Shown here piece after piece: positions 13,584 to 26,808 of a DNA stretch of 64,000 bases. Positions within the stretch are counted from its first letter, which is position 1, and each line of letters starts with the position of its first letter. A program made the translations under genes and the position numbers. The stretch is taken from NCBI GenBank assembly GCA_951804945.1, contig OX638153.1:60078001-60142000 (forward strand), read 5' to 3'. The DNA is from Podarcis cretensis. Lineage: Eukaryota. The notes beneath the pieces are model-generated. The model ran no database searches and was not told the DNA's origin. It saw only the letters and a list, made by a program, of their open reading frames with translations.

Positions 13584-13718
13584 TAGTATGTAAATTTGGT
13601 CTGATTTTTTAATTACCAGGAGCCAACATAAAGCAAATAAAGCTACTAGTAGTATGTAAATTTGGTCTGATTTTTTAATTACCAGGAGCCAACATAAAGC
13701 AAATAAAGCCACTAGTAG
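13584..13718. repeat. 66-bp tandem duplication
   Basis: tagtatgtaaatttggtctg...aaagc(t/c)actag x2, one mismatch. Confidence 0.9.
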
Positions 13719-14655
13719 CCATCTTAATTTCTGCTGGCTGAGAATTGACTGAGCCAGTGTGAGGGATTTACACTGCTGTATCTACAGCTGGGTCGGGGTG
13801 AGAGACTTCTACCAGCATAGCCCCAGCTGAGCCCTGGCTCAGCGTGGTGGGGTGGGGGTGAGGGGGTGGGAAACAAGACCGACCAAATCCAAACTGTCAT
13901 CCTGACAGATCTTGGGTTTGGACTGTGCTGTTATTATCCTCAGTACTCAACAGATACACCTTCCTTTGTATAGGAACGAAATCAGTTTTATTTATTGTTT
14001 TACAACTGCTGAATGAGCTAAAGAAAGAGCCACAGTAATGAATCAAAGAATGGGCTTCTTCTCCCAAGACAGCTCGGTTTAAGAAGCAGCTTCTTGGACT
14101 GTAACTCCAGAGAAAGCAAGATCTCCAAAATGCAAGGAGAGATCATCTCAGGGGGGCTAGACAGGCTTGGGCATGTGCAACTGCTGCTTATCCCAAAGCC
14201 TTTAAAAGGCTGGGCCTTACGAAAGAGCTCATCTCACTTAACTCATCATATTGTACATTTCTAACATTTTCTAGAAGACTGCAGTGGCCTGAAATGTTTG
14301 GTGGTTACCCTGAATAATTCTGCCGTTTGTGATCTCCATCCAGATCCAGGCAAGAGAAAGGCCACTTGGTGTCATCTCTCAGGAAGGGATTTCCCATGTC
14401 ATTGACTGTCCCTTCCCCAATGATGTGTTAAGAAATGTCCAAATTTGAATGCTGTCAATAAATTTCAGAAAACTTGAGAGTGATTTTTCCAGAACTGATA
14501 TACTTCCAATTAGCATGAAGAACTGGCTAAGCATTTGGGCTGGGCTAGATATGCCTCAGTGTTCATTGAGTGGCCGTTCATGAGAAACGTGCGGGCTGCC
14601 TTAGGAGACCAAGGTACCACACATAAACACATTGTATGAGCTAAAGAGTCTATAG

Positions 14656-14925
14656 CAGGGGTTGGCAAGGTTTACCTCACCTGGGCCGGTTCACTCCAGT
14701 GGAGATCCCTCCGGCGTCTGTGCAGACACAATTTACAGTGTCTGCACATGCACAGACACAATTTTCAGTGCTGCGGAAGCAAGTCGCCATGCCATGCTGC
14801 ACCGTTTTAGTGCAGCGCATGGGAACTCGCCGAGCGAGCGGCTCAGTTTGGGGGCGACTCGTGGGCTGATTAAACGACCCCTGTGGGCCTCTTGTGGCCC
14901 ATGGGCCTTAGGTTGCCTACCCCTG
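14656..14925. mobile_element. hAT-type MITE
   Basis: TIR CAGGGGTTGGCAA / TTGCCTACCCCTG; perfect 8-bp TSD GTCTATAG (14648-14655, 14926-14933). Confidence 0.85.
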
Positions 14926-16295
14926 GTCTATAGCAGCAGAAAACCTCAGGCTTATACAGGTTTTTCTTTCTTTAGTACTAAAATTGAACTGTCCTGGGTC
15001 CAGCAGTCATAACCCCAAAGCAATGGGACAGTGGGAATAGCCTTGCCATGTTGCACGTGTAAGTTGTTTTAAATGTTTTAAACACTGTGTTTTAATAGTT
15101 GTAATCTGCCATGGGACTTTAGGATGAAGGGCAGGCAGATGATGGTGGTGGTGGTGGTAATAATAATGATGATGGTTATGATGATGCAATGGGTTTACAT
15201 ATTTTCCCTGTCTTGTTAGTATTGCTTAGAATTGCTAAGGAAAAGAGTATGATCCACTGACTTTTGTTGCTGCTGCTGCTGCTGCTGCTGTTCAGATGAG
15301 TGTATCCATAGGAATGATAGAACAAGTAATGTTTGGCTCCTTTAAAAAGGTCAGTTCTTTTCATTAAAAAAATTAATGCAGAAAGTTATAACACAGAGTC
15401 TCCCTCTCTCTCTCTGTCTGTGTGTGTGTGTGTGTGTGTGTATGCATGGTTGTGTGTGTATGTGTTGTTTCTTATCTGTGATAACACAAAAATGAATAAA
15501 CAGGTGATCCTGACATGCGACTATAGTTCAAACTGCATAAACTATTGCAATAAAGGGCCTCATTTAGGAAATCATTTTTCTAATTCAACACTGGGTAAAT
15601 GAGATTTCTCTGCAAAAGAAAGCAGTTGAACAAAACAACTGAGTTGACTTGGAAATGGTTCTTAATCTTCTTACTGGTGCCAGGATCTGGATAGCATGAA
15701 ACTGGGGTAGTGGGCTCAGTAGAATATGGAACATAGTAATATTGCCTAAATTAATATAGTACAGAAGAATGAGTAATGACAAGCAACTGAATATTTTTGT
15801 GGAAAGGCGGATTTTATCTGTGATGTTTTGGAATAAAACGTTTCAGGACCATCTTCAATCTTGTCACTCCTTTGCTTTATTTTAATCACAAACATAGATA
15901 ACTTCTGCATAAATACAGACATGTACGATTCCTTTTTAAAATAACAATGCAGAATGTTATGGTGCAGACTGCGTGTGAATTCTTCATTATCTGTAATGAT
16001 AATGCAAAAACTGGTCAGCAGATGATCATGACATGTGACTCCACTTCGGACTAAACTACTGCAGTAAGTGGGCTGGTTTGGGAAATCAGGTTTCTTGTTG
16101 GGAGGAATCAGATTTCACTGTAAAAGGTACCAGTTGGGGAAACTACATTTTCGTCTTCTGCAATAGCTAGGACAGAGTGAGGCAGCAGGTGATGTGAGGT
16201 AGGAAGCAGTGGCAGGAAGGTGTTGGGGAATCAGCTGGTGTGTGCCATGCGATCTGCTCTGTCTCAAAGAATTATGAGCATTGTAGTTTGTTAAA

Positions 16296-16643
16296 GGGAC
16301 GCGGGTGGCCCTGTGGGTTAAACCACAGAGCCTAGGGCTTGCAGATCAGAAGGTCAGCGGTTTGAATCCCCGTGACGGGGTGAGCTCCCATTGTTCGGTC
16401 CCTGCTCCTGCCCACCTAGCAGTTCGAAAGCACTCCATTGCAAGTAGATAAATAGGTACCGCTCAGGCGGGAAGATAAACAGTGTTTCCATGCACTGCTC
16501 TGGTTCGCCAGAAGCAGCTTAGTCATGCTGGCCACATGACCCGGAAGCTGTACGCCGGCTCCCTCGGCCAGTAAAGTGAGATGAGCGCCGCAACCCCAGA
16601 GTCGGTCACGACTGGACCTAATGGTCAGGGGTCCCTTTACCTT
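16296..16643 (+). mobile_element. Full-length Sauria-type SINE
   Basis: tRNA-derived head with A box (16306-16316) and B box GGTTTGAATCC (16359-16369); ...gtccctttacctt tail; direct repeat TAGTTTGTTAAA(GG) on both flanks as TSD. Confidence 0.85.
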
Positions 16644-17672
16644 TAGTTTGTTAAAGGCTGCTAGGATTGTAACTCTGTGAGGGGTAAACGACAGTGTTCA
16701 TAATTCATTGAAGGTGGGGAATGTGTTTTAAGGGCATATATTTTTATTTATTAGTGTTACACCCCACCTTTCTCTTCCAAGGATTTCAAGGTGGTTCTAC
16801 ATGGTTCTCCTCCACCCCATTTCATCCTCACAACCTGTGAGGCAGGTTAACCTAAAGGATGGTGATTGGCCCAAGGTCACCCAGTCCTAGGTCACTCCCA
16901 GGTCATAGTCCAACGCTCTAACCATTATGCCACACTGGCTGCCCCCCTCCAGATCCTGCGGTCGGTCCACATGACCAGTGTTCTCTGCGGAGATGGCTGC
17001 CAGAGGGGCTGGACTGCCTGGCAGCGAAGGCGCCCACCCGAGGGCCTCCCTGGGCTTCGCAGCAGTTGCTGCTGCTGCTGCCCCCCGTGGGCGCGTCCGT
17101 CCACATTCCCTCGTGAGGTTCCCACATAAATCAGCGCGGGCGGAGCGCCGGGAAGGGCACTTTCTCATCGGGCGCTGCTGACAGGCAACGACAAACAGAC
17201 CGGCCTGAGAATAACCACGGCCCGGGCCGAGTTTACACAAGGGCAGGCGCTGTGTAAATATGGAGCCGGGATGGGAGGGAGGGAGGGAGAGCCAGCGCCG
17301 CCGCCCGCTCCAGGCGAGGTCCTTAGACCCACTGGACGGGATGGGGGGAAAGAGGGGGCACGGGAAGGGAGGGGACGCTCCAATTTATCTCCTCGGGGGG
17401 CTGGGGGAGACAATGCCCCGACGGCTGTGGCCACGGAAGTGCAATGCATTAAAATCCAATGGGGCTCACAGGCCGTGGGGACACGATCCAGCCCAAAGCA
17501 AAGGGCTTCAATCCGGCCTGGTCCATGGTCAGGGGTGATGAGAGTTGTGACTCTCCAGACGTTGCTGGACTCCAAGGCTGCCCAACCACTGCTGCGCTTT
17601 CAGGGTGCGATGCTGTGCACGTTTACCTAGGAGTAAGCCCCTCTGAACTGAAGGTCCGGTGAGGTGGTAGAC

Positions 17673-17792
17673 CAGGCATAGGCAAACTCGGCCCTCCAGA
17701 TGTTTTGGGACTACAATACCCACCATCCCTGGCTAGGGGTCATGGGAGTTGTAGTTCCAAAACATCTGGAGGGTCGAGTTTGCCTATGCCTG
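17673..17792. mobile_element. Palindromic hAT MITE (~120 bp)
   Basis: TIR CAGGCATAGGCAAACTCG / CGAGTTTGCCTATGCCTG; TSD TGGTAGAC/TCATAGAC; degenerate relatives at ~4380-4500, 9450-9580, 10235-10300, 30690-30770, 42880-43110, 53950-54075. Confidence 0.8.
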
Positions 17793-17797
17793 TCATA

Positions 17798-17947
17798 GAC
17801 TCCTTCTTTGAAGGTTTTTGAACACAGGTTGGATGGCCATCTGCCATGGATGCTTTTAGTTGAGATTCCTGCATCGCAGAGGGTTAGACTAGATGCCCTG
17901 GGGGGTCCCTTCCAACTGTGCAGTTCTATGATGCTATGATTCTATGA
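17798..17947 (+). mobile_element. CR1 LINE 3' end
   Basis: ggtcccttccaac...(ATTCTATG)n-type tail typical of CR1. Confidence 0.75.
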
Positions 17948-20900
17948 GCTGTGGAATGCCCTCAGGCGACAACAGGTGGAAATGTGCCTTGTTGGTGGTG
18001 GCCCCTGCCCTCTGGAGCGCCCCCGCGCTCCTCGACTGGGAAAGCGCTGGGTGCTTCCGAAGTCCATTAAACACCTCCTCTCTGATTCTACAGCCCTCTA
18101 CTAATGTTGATATACGTTGTTGTTGTTATTGTTGAATAGCCGGATTATTCTCCCTTGGTATAACACGGTCCTTGTTTTGTAACCTTGTCTTATCTAACGA
18201 TTATGTTTTAATCGCTACTTTCCACGCAGCCACATACCCGTGGTTTATTTAATGTTGGTTTTGTTTCATGCCTGCTGTTATTGTTATTGTTGTTATTATT
18301 ATTATTAAAAATGGAACGATTTAAATGTTTCAATGTGCTTTTATTTCTTCCTTCGTAAACCGCTTCTTTTATTTATTTGTAATGGTAAGCGGTATATAAA
18401 ATATAAATAAATAAACTGACTGTCTACAACCTACTTTTGAGTAAACGCGCGTCAGTTCCCGCTTTCAGGGGCAAAGGCTTTTTAAGTATCTGCTTAATTT
18501 CCCAATGAAATCAATGGAAATTCAAAACTCTTCCCTTTGGCCAATGTCTTGCCAACCCTCTGAGTGAATTTTAGTGAGGAACAGTTAAGCCAGTATCAAA
18601 CCGGGGGCTACGCCTGTGTTTCAATCCGCGTCGCCTGCCTTAACTGCTCCAGGGATGCCCGCTAGCAATTGCTCGGACCTCACGTGGAAGTCTTTTAAAT
18701 GCAAGGAGAGAGCAGACTAAGCCAAACGAAATTCGCCAAAGGAAATGCTGCCCTATTCGCTTTTTAAAAACTAACCAAATGAACCAGCTCTGCTCTGGGT
18801 TCCAAGGTGAACAATGCCGGCTGCGAAATCGAGAAGCTAAAGCCCATTAGGCAACCGCTGTCCCGAAAATACAGATACCTGTAATTTAAAAATGATTCTC
18901 TTTTGCCTTCCAGCTTGCATGAACAACATTCACACGTCTACGCACACAATCCGAGAGCGAAGGAGAAAGAGATGGGTGTCCCTTTCCCATAGGAATCTAG
19001 TTGCTTCCAAACCACCAGATTTTCCCGTACCTATTTGCTTGCATGGGAAATCACATTTTGCTGTGGGATACAATCACTGCAACGTTTTAGCATTCCTGCT
19101 TAGATATCTGAAGCAAACACCTAGTGAGAAGTTGTTCCTCCCCAGATAAAGAGTTTAGGTTCGGGTTATAAAAAGTCAAAGGGTCCTGATAAAGCAGCGA
19201 CCCGATCTAATCGGTGTTAAGCATGGTGAAGTCTCACTGTTTTCAACAGGCAATCTTTAAACCTCTTTAAACTGTCGCTTTTGAATCAGTAGGACAAGAA
19301 AGCGCTTAATTTTCTCTCTTCTGGATCGCGCGGATTGTATCGCTCTGACCATTTCTATGCCTTAGTTTATTAATTTCTTCCGCCTTTCCATACCATGTGC
19401 TGAAGGAGGTTTGCAATGAATGTCAGTGGCGCAAATACTAACCAATAAAATAATAAAAATAAAACTAATAAGATTCGTGGACCGGATTTGGAAGGGGGAA
19501 GGAGCTGGAAGATTGAGCGGTCTCTGAAGGTGCGCATGGCTGCATTAGATACGTGGGGCTGTGGGCGCAGAGGTCCCGGGACTGATGGTGGGCGGGGGGC
19601 GCTCAGTCTTCCAAAGGGCGCCCATTTCAGAATTCAGATGACTTGACAGGGCTAAGTCACCCGAACAACTTTTCCAGACCCTGCGTTACTCACAGTTTGC
19701 GCGCCTTAGACAGCAATCCCATGCATACTGACCCAGGGCGAGACTCGAGTCAACACCGAACCCCGTGGGACTTTCTTTCGAGAAAGCATAACATAGGATT
19801 GCAGACACAGAATTAATTTTCCCGCCCTTCCAATTAGGAGGGAAGTTCGAATTCTCGCGGAAGATTTTTGTGAATGGGTAGCAGTTATTTTTAATTAAGT
19901 ACCCCTAGGGCTGCAACGGTAGTCCGGCAAATTAATCCACTGAGAATATTTTGATGAACTAAAAAAATGCCTCAGATTAATTGGTCTACGTCGCGTTTGT
20001 TTTAATGTATCATTACCATAAGACTGCAGGAGGCAAGCGCTATTTTGAAAGAGGCGCTGCCTCCTGCGTGTCAACGAATAAGGGGTGCCTCTTTTTAGGA
20101 GAGAGGTCTGCTCCACACACGTTGGCACATCTAAACAGAAATATAACATATATGTATATATTATATAATGGAAAAATATGACCAGTCGAAAAAACGCCGT
20201 CAGTTTCAAGGGAACTTTTGGCTTCCAAGAAACCCTGCTTAAGATCTACCTTGCCGTCTGCTGGAGAGAAATCGGGGCGACCCTCTGTGCAGCCCTCCAA
20301 GATCGGCTGTTCTCCCCAGATTGTTAGACGGGGAGGGCCGAAAGAATCCTAGCTTTTCTAAGGCCACCTAGTGAGATGCCTCGTCTCGCGTTCCTGGCTT
20401 CCAGGTTTACAGACCCGCGGAAGCTTCCCGAAGCTGATCAAAGGCGCCGAGCTCGCTAAAATGGGGGGACTTGGATGTTGTTTGTTTATTTGCTTGTTTG
20501 TTTCGGGGCCATTAGCAGCCGGACGTGTCGGCTCTGCCGGGTCTTCTCCCCGGCCTGCGGGGCTGATGGAGCCATTAGAGGCCACGAGGGTGGGGGATCC
20601 CTTCTGCGGCGACAGGGCTTCCTGCTCCGGCCGCGGCTCCAACCAACATCCCCCTCGCTTGGGCGGACTCCGGCTCCATCCATTACCTTAATCCCTTGTC
20701 TAAACAGTGCGCAGCGCGGCTGGGACAACAGGCAGCGCTCAAACCAGGAGCGGGCAGCGAAAAAAAGCTAATGGGCTCGAGACAATAACCATTAAGAGCA
20801 GCGCCCTCCGTGTGTTCCCCCACCCCACCCCCCCAAAAAAACCCCGACCCACACCTAGCGCGAGGAGGCGCGCAAAGAGGGAGGCTTGGAGACAAGGGGA

Positions 20901-23900
20901 GCGTGGCTTCTTCCACACCCCTCCCCGTTCAGCCTCAAGAGTTCGGCAAAATGATAGGGTTTTGTTTTTGAAGCAATTTTAAAAGTAGTACGGTTTAAAG
21001 GTTTGAGATCCGAGGTGGAAGAAAGTCGGCGACGCGCATAGATGGGATCCAACAACAAACTCTCCAAGTCCTGGCGAAGAAAACAGAGAGCCTCGTGGCG
21101 CAGATTGGTGCCATTCAAACCAGTGAGAGTGAAGCAGCTGTATTTTAAAAGATGCAACCGATGTGCGCAAGAAGGTCAGAGATATCCGGTGGGATTCAGT
21201 TTCTTTTTATTTAAAAATAAAATATAATTATTAGAATCTCATATATACGTTTTCCTGAAACTCAAAATGCGAGCGTTAATGTCATCTGACTCTCCAAAGA
21301 TGTTCAGAATTTCCAAACAGCATTGAATTTCTAATGCTAGCGTCCTAAGCGGGCCTACAAGGGAGTCGACGTAATGAATCCAAATGCAAACCTCGGTTTC
21401 CTTTGGGACTTCCTTCGAGTATGATCTGGGTCAGGGCGCAAAACAGAAGGGAATATATTACGCAGGCCGTTCAAGTCAGTGCAAATAATAACAGCAACGT
21501 TTACACAGCACTTTTAAAGCGCGATCCTACGCATGTTTGCTACATGAAAGTGATTGCGCTTTATCACTGAAGTACGCTTCCGTGACTCCTACTCCCTAGC
21601 TCTTTAACATGCATGGATCCTTACTGACAGCTGGATATTATTGTCCCCATTTTGCAGATGCGAGACTGACGCTGGGAGAGGGCAGCTGTAAAAAGCCACC
21701 CAGTTAGTTCCTAGCATAGGTGAGAGATGTGCACCAAGGACTTACCTGTTCAACAAATACCAGGCGCGGGTGATCAGAGCTCTGTATTCTTTCAATATCT
21801 GGTTTGTTTGAGAGAGTTTTCGCAAAAAGCCCGAGGTGCTCGACTTGTTTCCCGCTCATTTATCCCTTCAAAACATTTATCCAGGCCTACACGAAACAGC
21901 AGGAGGAACCCAGCGCAGGGCCTAGCGCGCAAAGAACACCATCTGAAGGGCCAGGATAGCCCCCCGGGCCTGTGGAAAGAGAAACTTTGCCAGGAAGAAG
22001 AAACAGCTCTTCTCAAAGATGAAGGGAGTGGTTACAGCCGAGCCTTGGTTTGGAAAGAGCCTGGAGGTGCCGAGGAGAAGGGTAAGCGGAGGAGAAGGAA
22101 AGGGGGCCCGGGGGCGCAAACTCCAGCCCAAACCACCCGAGCAGGGTGCTGTCCTTTCTGCAGCCTGGGCTTACTCTCTGCAGTCCTCGACGGAAACCAT
22201 CCAAGTTTCCACAACCCCCCCGCCCCCCTCTCCAGATTGTCCCAGGCGAGAAAGACGCATTATTAATTTTACGAGTACTTTCAAAATACCTCCTCTGCAC
22301 GTCTCCTCGCTGCGGTCGACGGCGCGGTTACAAAGGACGTTTGCCGGGCCAGGGCGGTTGTTTTGTTGTTGCCGTCGTTGCTCTCCAAAGGCAATGCAGG
22401 ATTTCTGCTTCAGGCTGCCCGTAGGCAAGCCCCAAGGGGCCCGGCGGGAGAACGCGGCCTGCCCCGCGCGAGTCTCTGCCCAACTGCCTGGGAGCGCGCA
22501 AATCCTCCTGCCCAGATACGGGCCTTTCCGACTGCGTTATGCTGGCCTGGCCCGGCGGAGCTGAACAATCCGGCTGTTCCAGCAACATTTCAAGAAACCT
22601 TTTCCCCCAACTGTGTGGTGGCAGTCAGAGACAGCAAGCCCACCATAACGGGGTCCTGCGTTCGGTTGGGAAAGACCCACTGGCCAGACCTTCTTTCCCC
22701 ATCCCATGGCGGGCTGCTTGGCTTGGACGCCTTCCTCCACCCTGTCCCCAGACCCCGGCAAATGAGGACCAGGTAGCCCTGAGCAAGACGGCCTCCCTCA
22801 GCAAGCAGGAGGAGAACCAGCGGGATCTGGGCTGGAGTAGGTTAGTCTTGGCCGAGGACGGAACCAGGAGGGGCCAAACCGCGAGCCTTTGTGCGGCGAT
22901 AAAGTGCACATTTTAGGTCTCCCCAGGAGATGCTATCTGGATGGATATACTCCAGTGAAAGAGAAACAACAAAGAAACTCGCGGCACCGGATTAAAGGCT
23001 AACGCATTTATTGAAGTCTAAATCTCCTTGGGCCAGAACCCACTTCCTTAGATGCACAAAGTGGTTTCCTAAGTGGATAAGTATATATAGGCTGAACGCA
23101 GAGAAAGGCGCGGGGGCAGGGAGAGATTGTCGCGGGGAGTTGAGCTTAGATTTTTTGGAAAGGGAGACCAGAAGGTCAAGCAAGAAGCAGTGGTAAGTGG
23201 GTCACGGTCCTATCCAGAATACAGATGACTGCCGTGCGCCAGCCCGTATTAACTCGGGCAACGCTCTTCGGGGACCAAACAACAGTAGCCGTGCCCGCCA
23301 TGGATCCTTGCTCTGCGCCGCCTTCTAACGCGATGCCTTCTGTCGTCTGCCAACAATGCCCCGCTGCTATTGGCTTGAGCCAGATGGGTCAGTCTTCGCG
23401 CAAGAGAACGAACGGACACAATCCAGATACTAAAAAAGGGGAATATCCTCAAACCAGGGAGAGCGTTTAAATCCCCACGAAAATGCTGCGGAAAACCTCA
23501 AGGATCTCCACATACTGAGGACGACGCTTCAAATGTTGTTCCCGGCATAAAGCTGCAATAATCGAAATTAATTAGCTAATTTGACGCTGTGGACCATCTC
23601 GGAAGTGGTCAGTTGGCTTCAGAAGTTAATTAGATGCTCTAAATGAGGTGTCAATTGATAGAGTAAAATCATTTTACACCATCGATCTCCAAATGACTAT
23701 TCATCACCAGGCACAAGCTGCTTGGATAGGGTATTCATTTGACCAAGTCCTGATGCCCAGGGACGGCTAACCTTATCCGGCCCGCGGGCCGCATTGACGA
23801 CCAGGCCTCCCTCCGAAGGCTACATGCCAACGATGTATTCGCTGTGCTTGCTTTGACACATCTGCTGCTGTTTTGCATTGCCACGTCTTTTGTTGTGTGC

Positions 23901-25624
23901 CTGTAGGTTAATAAAAAAACAACCACAGCATTTATTTATTTTTGCATACACCCCCCCCCATCGGCTTCTTGGGCGTCTCGGCGTCTCCGTGGTGAAGACC
24001 CAAGTCCCAGAAAGTTTTTGGCCACAATGAAAGTATTCCCGCGTTCAAGGTCCACGGGGTACTTTTGCGTTTGTTGCAACCAGTTAAAAGGGCTTTATAA
24101 CTTGTCCCGCGAACTAGGCTGTTTTCTCACTCAATCTGCTGCTGTAGATTTTCAGCCGATCCTAGGCCTGTTTACTGAAAAGGAAATAGCGCTGTTGTTC
24201 AACTGAACTTTAAGTATTCTTCGGGCTGCCGCCCAAGCAGCAAATCTAAATTGTCAGGAAATATCTGGCTCGAGAGTTGATCGCGTTGGCTTCCACAATA
24301 ATGCGCTGCGGACAAAAGGTAGGTGCAGATTGCTGTGCCCGTGTCTCCTGGTTAGTTCGTCTACTCCATTGAGTTCAGTTAGGAGACATTCCCGGTCGAG
24401 TGTGTGCAGAATTGCAGACACGTAAATGCTAAAGTTTTTCCTTATCCGATGGTAATATCTACAAGTTTTGCAATAAACGTTTATATTGCAATAAACGTTT
24501 ATATTGAAGAAATAATAGAATATCATGCAACCTTGCAGTAAACTAATTTCACCGTGAACTAATCGCACTGCAAGCTTATCGTTATTTATTTGCATCAAAT
24601 CTATTTAGAGGAATTGTTTAGTCAACGTTCCATTTTTATTTTTTATTTTTAGCCTTGAAAAATCTGTTCCACACCTTCACCTCTAATCTTTCAGTCCTTA
24701 AAGGAAGGAGGGTCTTCGGCGTTTCTTGGGCTCCATCAAAACACACAAATGGAGGGGCTGTGAAGCCTCCTTGCCTCATAACAAAATTTCTTGACAGGCC
24801 GGCAAAAACCGAGGCAGTCGCAAACCTCGTACAATAAAAGAGTGTCTTCCGTTTATATTGCACAGACACCGAATATGAATGCTACATCGATGGTTGGATT
24901 GACTAAGCGATCACCGCCTGATAACAAGCGGGCACATAAAAATCCGTTGGTTTCAACGGGAACATTAACTTTTTCGGATTGAAACCTCGTAGCTTATCCG
25001 AGCCGAGGCCACCCTCGAGGGGAAACCCCTTGCCCAAGAGTCCCCTAATAAAAGATAAAAGCCTTCTTTAATCTGTTATTGAGTGGAAAGGGAACTTCCA
25101 CTGGGTTACCGCACTACTTACAGTGGTCAGCAGTCCCCGTCCCCCCCGCCCAAGAAATCAGGAGCAGTGACTTGATGGCTTCTTATATTTGTTTGGGGGG
25201 GGACCGGGGCCTGGGAACAATCCACCCCCCTTACCGGGCTCTCCGGCAGAGCCTCCCTAAGCTGCCCTTTGCCACCCCTGTTACTATTCCCCAGAGAGGA
25301 CGGAGGGACCGGCGCTTAGGGACAGTGAAGGAGTTTCGCACGAATTTCAGAAATGGTCATTGATACTAATCACGAAACCCTTTTGATCGCTTTTATTTTA
25401 AGAGAGCTCCCCGGAAGAGCCAGAGTGGTCTACCTTCTTTTGGGTTCCCTGAAAGACAGACAGAAGCGCTCGCCGGAGCCCAACAAAAACGCACACCTTT
25501 TCCTCGCGAATGTCCCCGGGGAGCCACTATAAGAAGAAATAAAGAAAATTAAGATGCAGGAGGAAAAAACGAAACTCAAGAGCCATTTTAACTAACCACA
25601 GACACATAATAGGAGCAAGAAATA

Positions 25625-25667
<43 letters not shown>
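25625..25667. repeat. (AAT)n microsatellite upstream of NKX2-3
   Basis: Direct reading. Confidence 0.95.
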
Positions 25668-26808
25668 TCCCAGTACGTAAGATCACGAGCTTAGCTTTGA
25701 AATGCCGCTTTCGCAGACTGTTTTATATCCATGTTATACAAGCCATCCAAGGTGGTGGCCATAACCACACATTGCAATAATACTCGCCTCTGGATATTAC
25801 CTGGATAATATTACTGCAACCTATTACTACTATTATTGCTACCTATTATTACTACTTCTACTAAACTCATGCATATCTCGTCCTAGGCCCACATTGGTAA
25901 TGCTGCGTCCTAGGGTTTGTCTTGCCAAAGGTATGTGAAAGACCTGCTTCTCCTCTCGGGCAGGTGACCGCCGGAAGAGACTTGGTGCTCCCTCCACAGG
26001 CCAGTTGCCAAGCGGATGTTGAATGTTATATTGGACAGATTATCTTGGCCCTGTCCCTATATTTACTGCGCCCCGCGACAGGACATCTCACCCCACGCAC
26101 CCCGCGCGCACACCTTCCCGCGTTTCCTTGGTCCCATTTGCCCCAAGAAAGGCGAGTTTCCTCTTGGGCCCTTTCCCCAAGGAGTTCCTTTTCTTTCAAT
26201 TCCTCCGAAGTTTAAAAAAAGAAAAACCGCGAGTGGTAAGTCCCCAAGGGACGAGATGGAGGTAGATCCGGAACCAGAGGAAGGGAAGGCATTGTCAGCG
26301 CTGTTGTCCAGGGAAAGGCGGAGCGGGGGGGTTGTCTAGCCATGGGGAGGGGTTGTGGGCTACCTCGGTTCGGACTCCCCCGTGGCGCGGATTTTTCTCC
26401 GCCTCCTCTCGCCCCCGACGGCTGTGCGCCAACCTGTGTGACCCGACGGCGTGGGCGCCTCGCGTAGCCTGCCTGTGCAGCCCAGCCTGCAGATTTCTCT
26501 TTCCGGCAGGGTCTCTCTGTGTGTGTGTCACTTAGGGGGCCGGCTCTAGGCTCCCCCGCCTTCCAATGGGGGCGCAGCCCGCGCCCCAGCCCGGCCCCTC
26601 CTCGCCGTGACGCGCCCGCCCTGGCCGCAGAGGCGGCTCCGAGTCCAGAGGCTGCAGCTGGTCGGCGCAGAGGCTGCGACTGCAAAGGCGGAGCGGCAGC
26701 CTTCCCTTCGCATGGACGCCCCTTAGCCGGGCTTGGCTGGCAGGGCGCGGCGCTCCTGCACCCAAGCCGGCTCGCTCCCCTCTTTCCCACGCACCCGCCC
26801 CCCTCCCA

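Noticed and set aside
13584-13718. Direct repeats as a CRISPR-like array
   Set aside because: Only two adjacent units, no spacers, vertebrate DNA
141-16000. Many short ORFs, including those spanning microsatellites (YIYI, HTHT, poly-H)
   Set aside because: Chance ORFs and repeat translations in intergenic DNA; no recognisable GOT1 or other exons
16296-16380. tRNA gene
   Set aside because: The A/B boxes belong to the SINE head; no acceptor stem or Pol III terminator
21727-22916. Overlapping 120-180 aa ORFs upstream of NKX2-3
   Set aside because: GC-rich CpG-island sequence with ORFs in many frames; no domain similarity or exon structure
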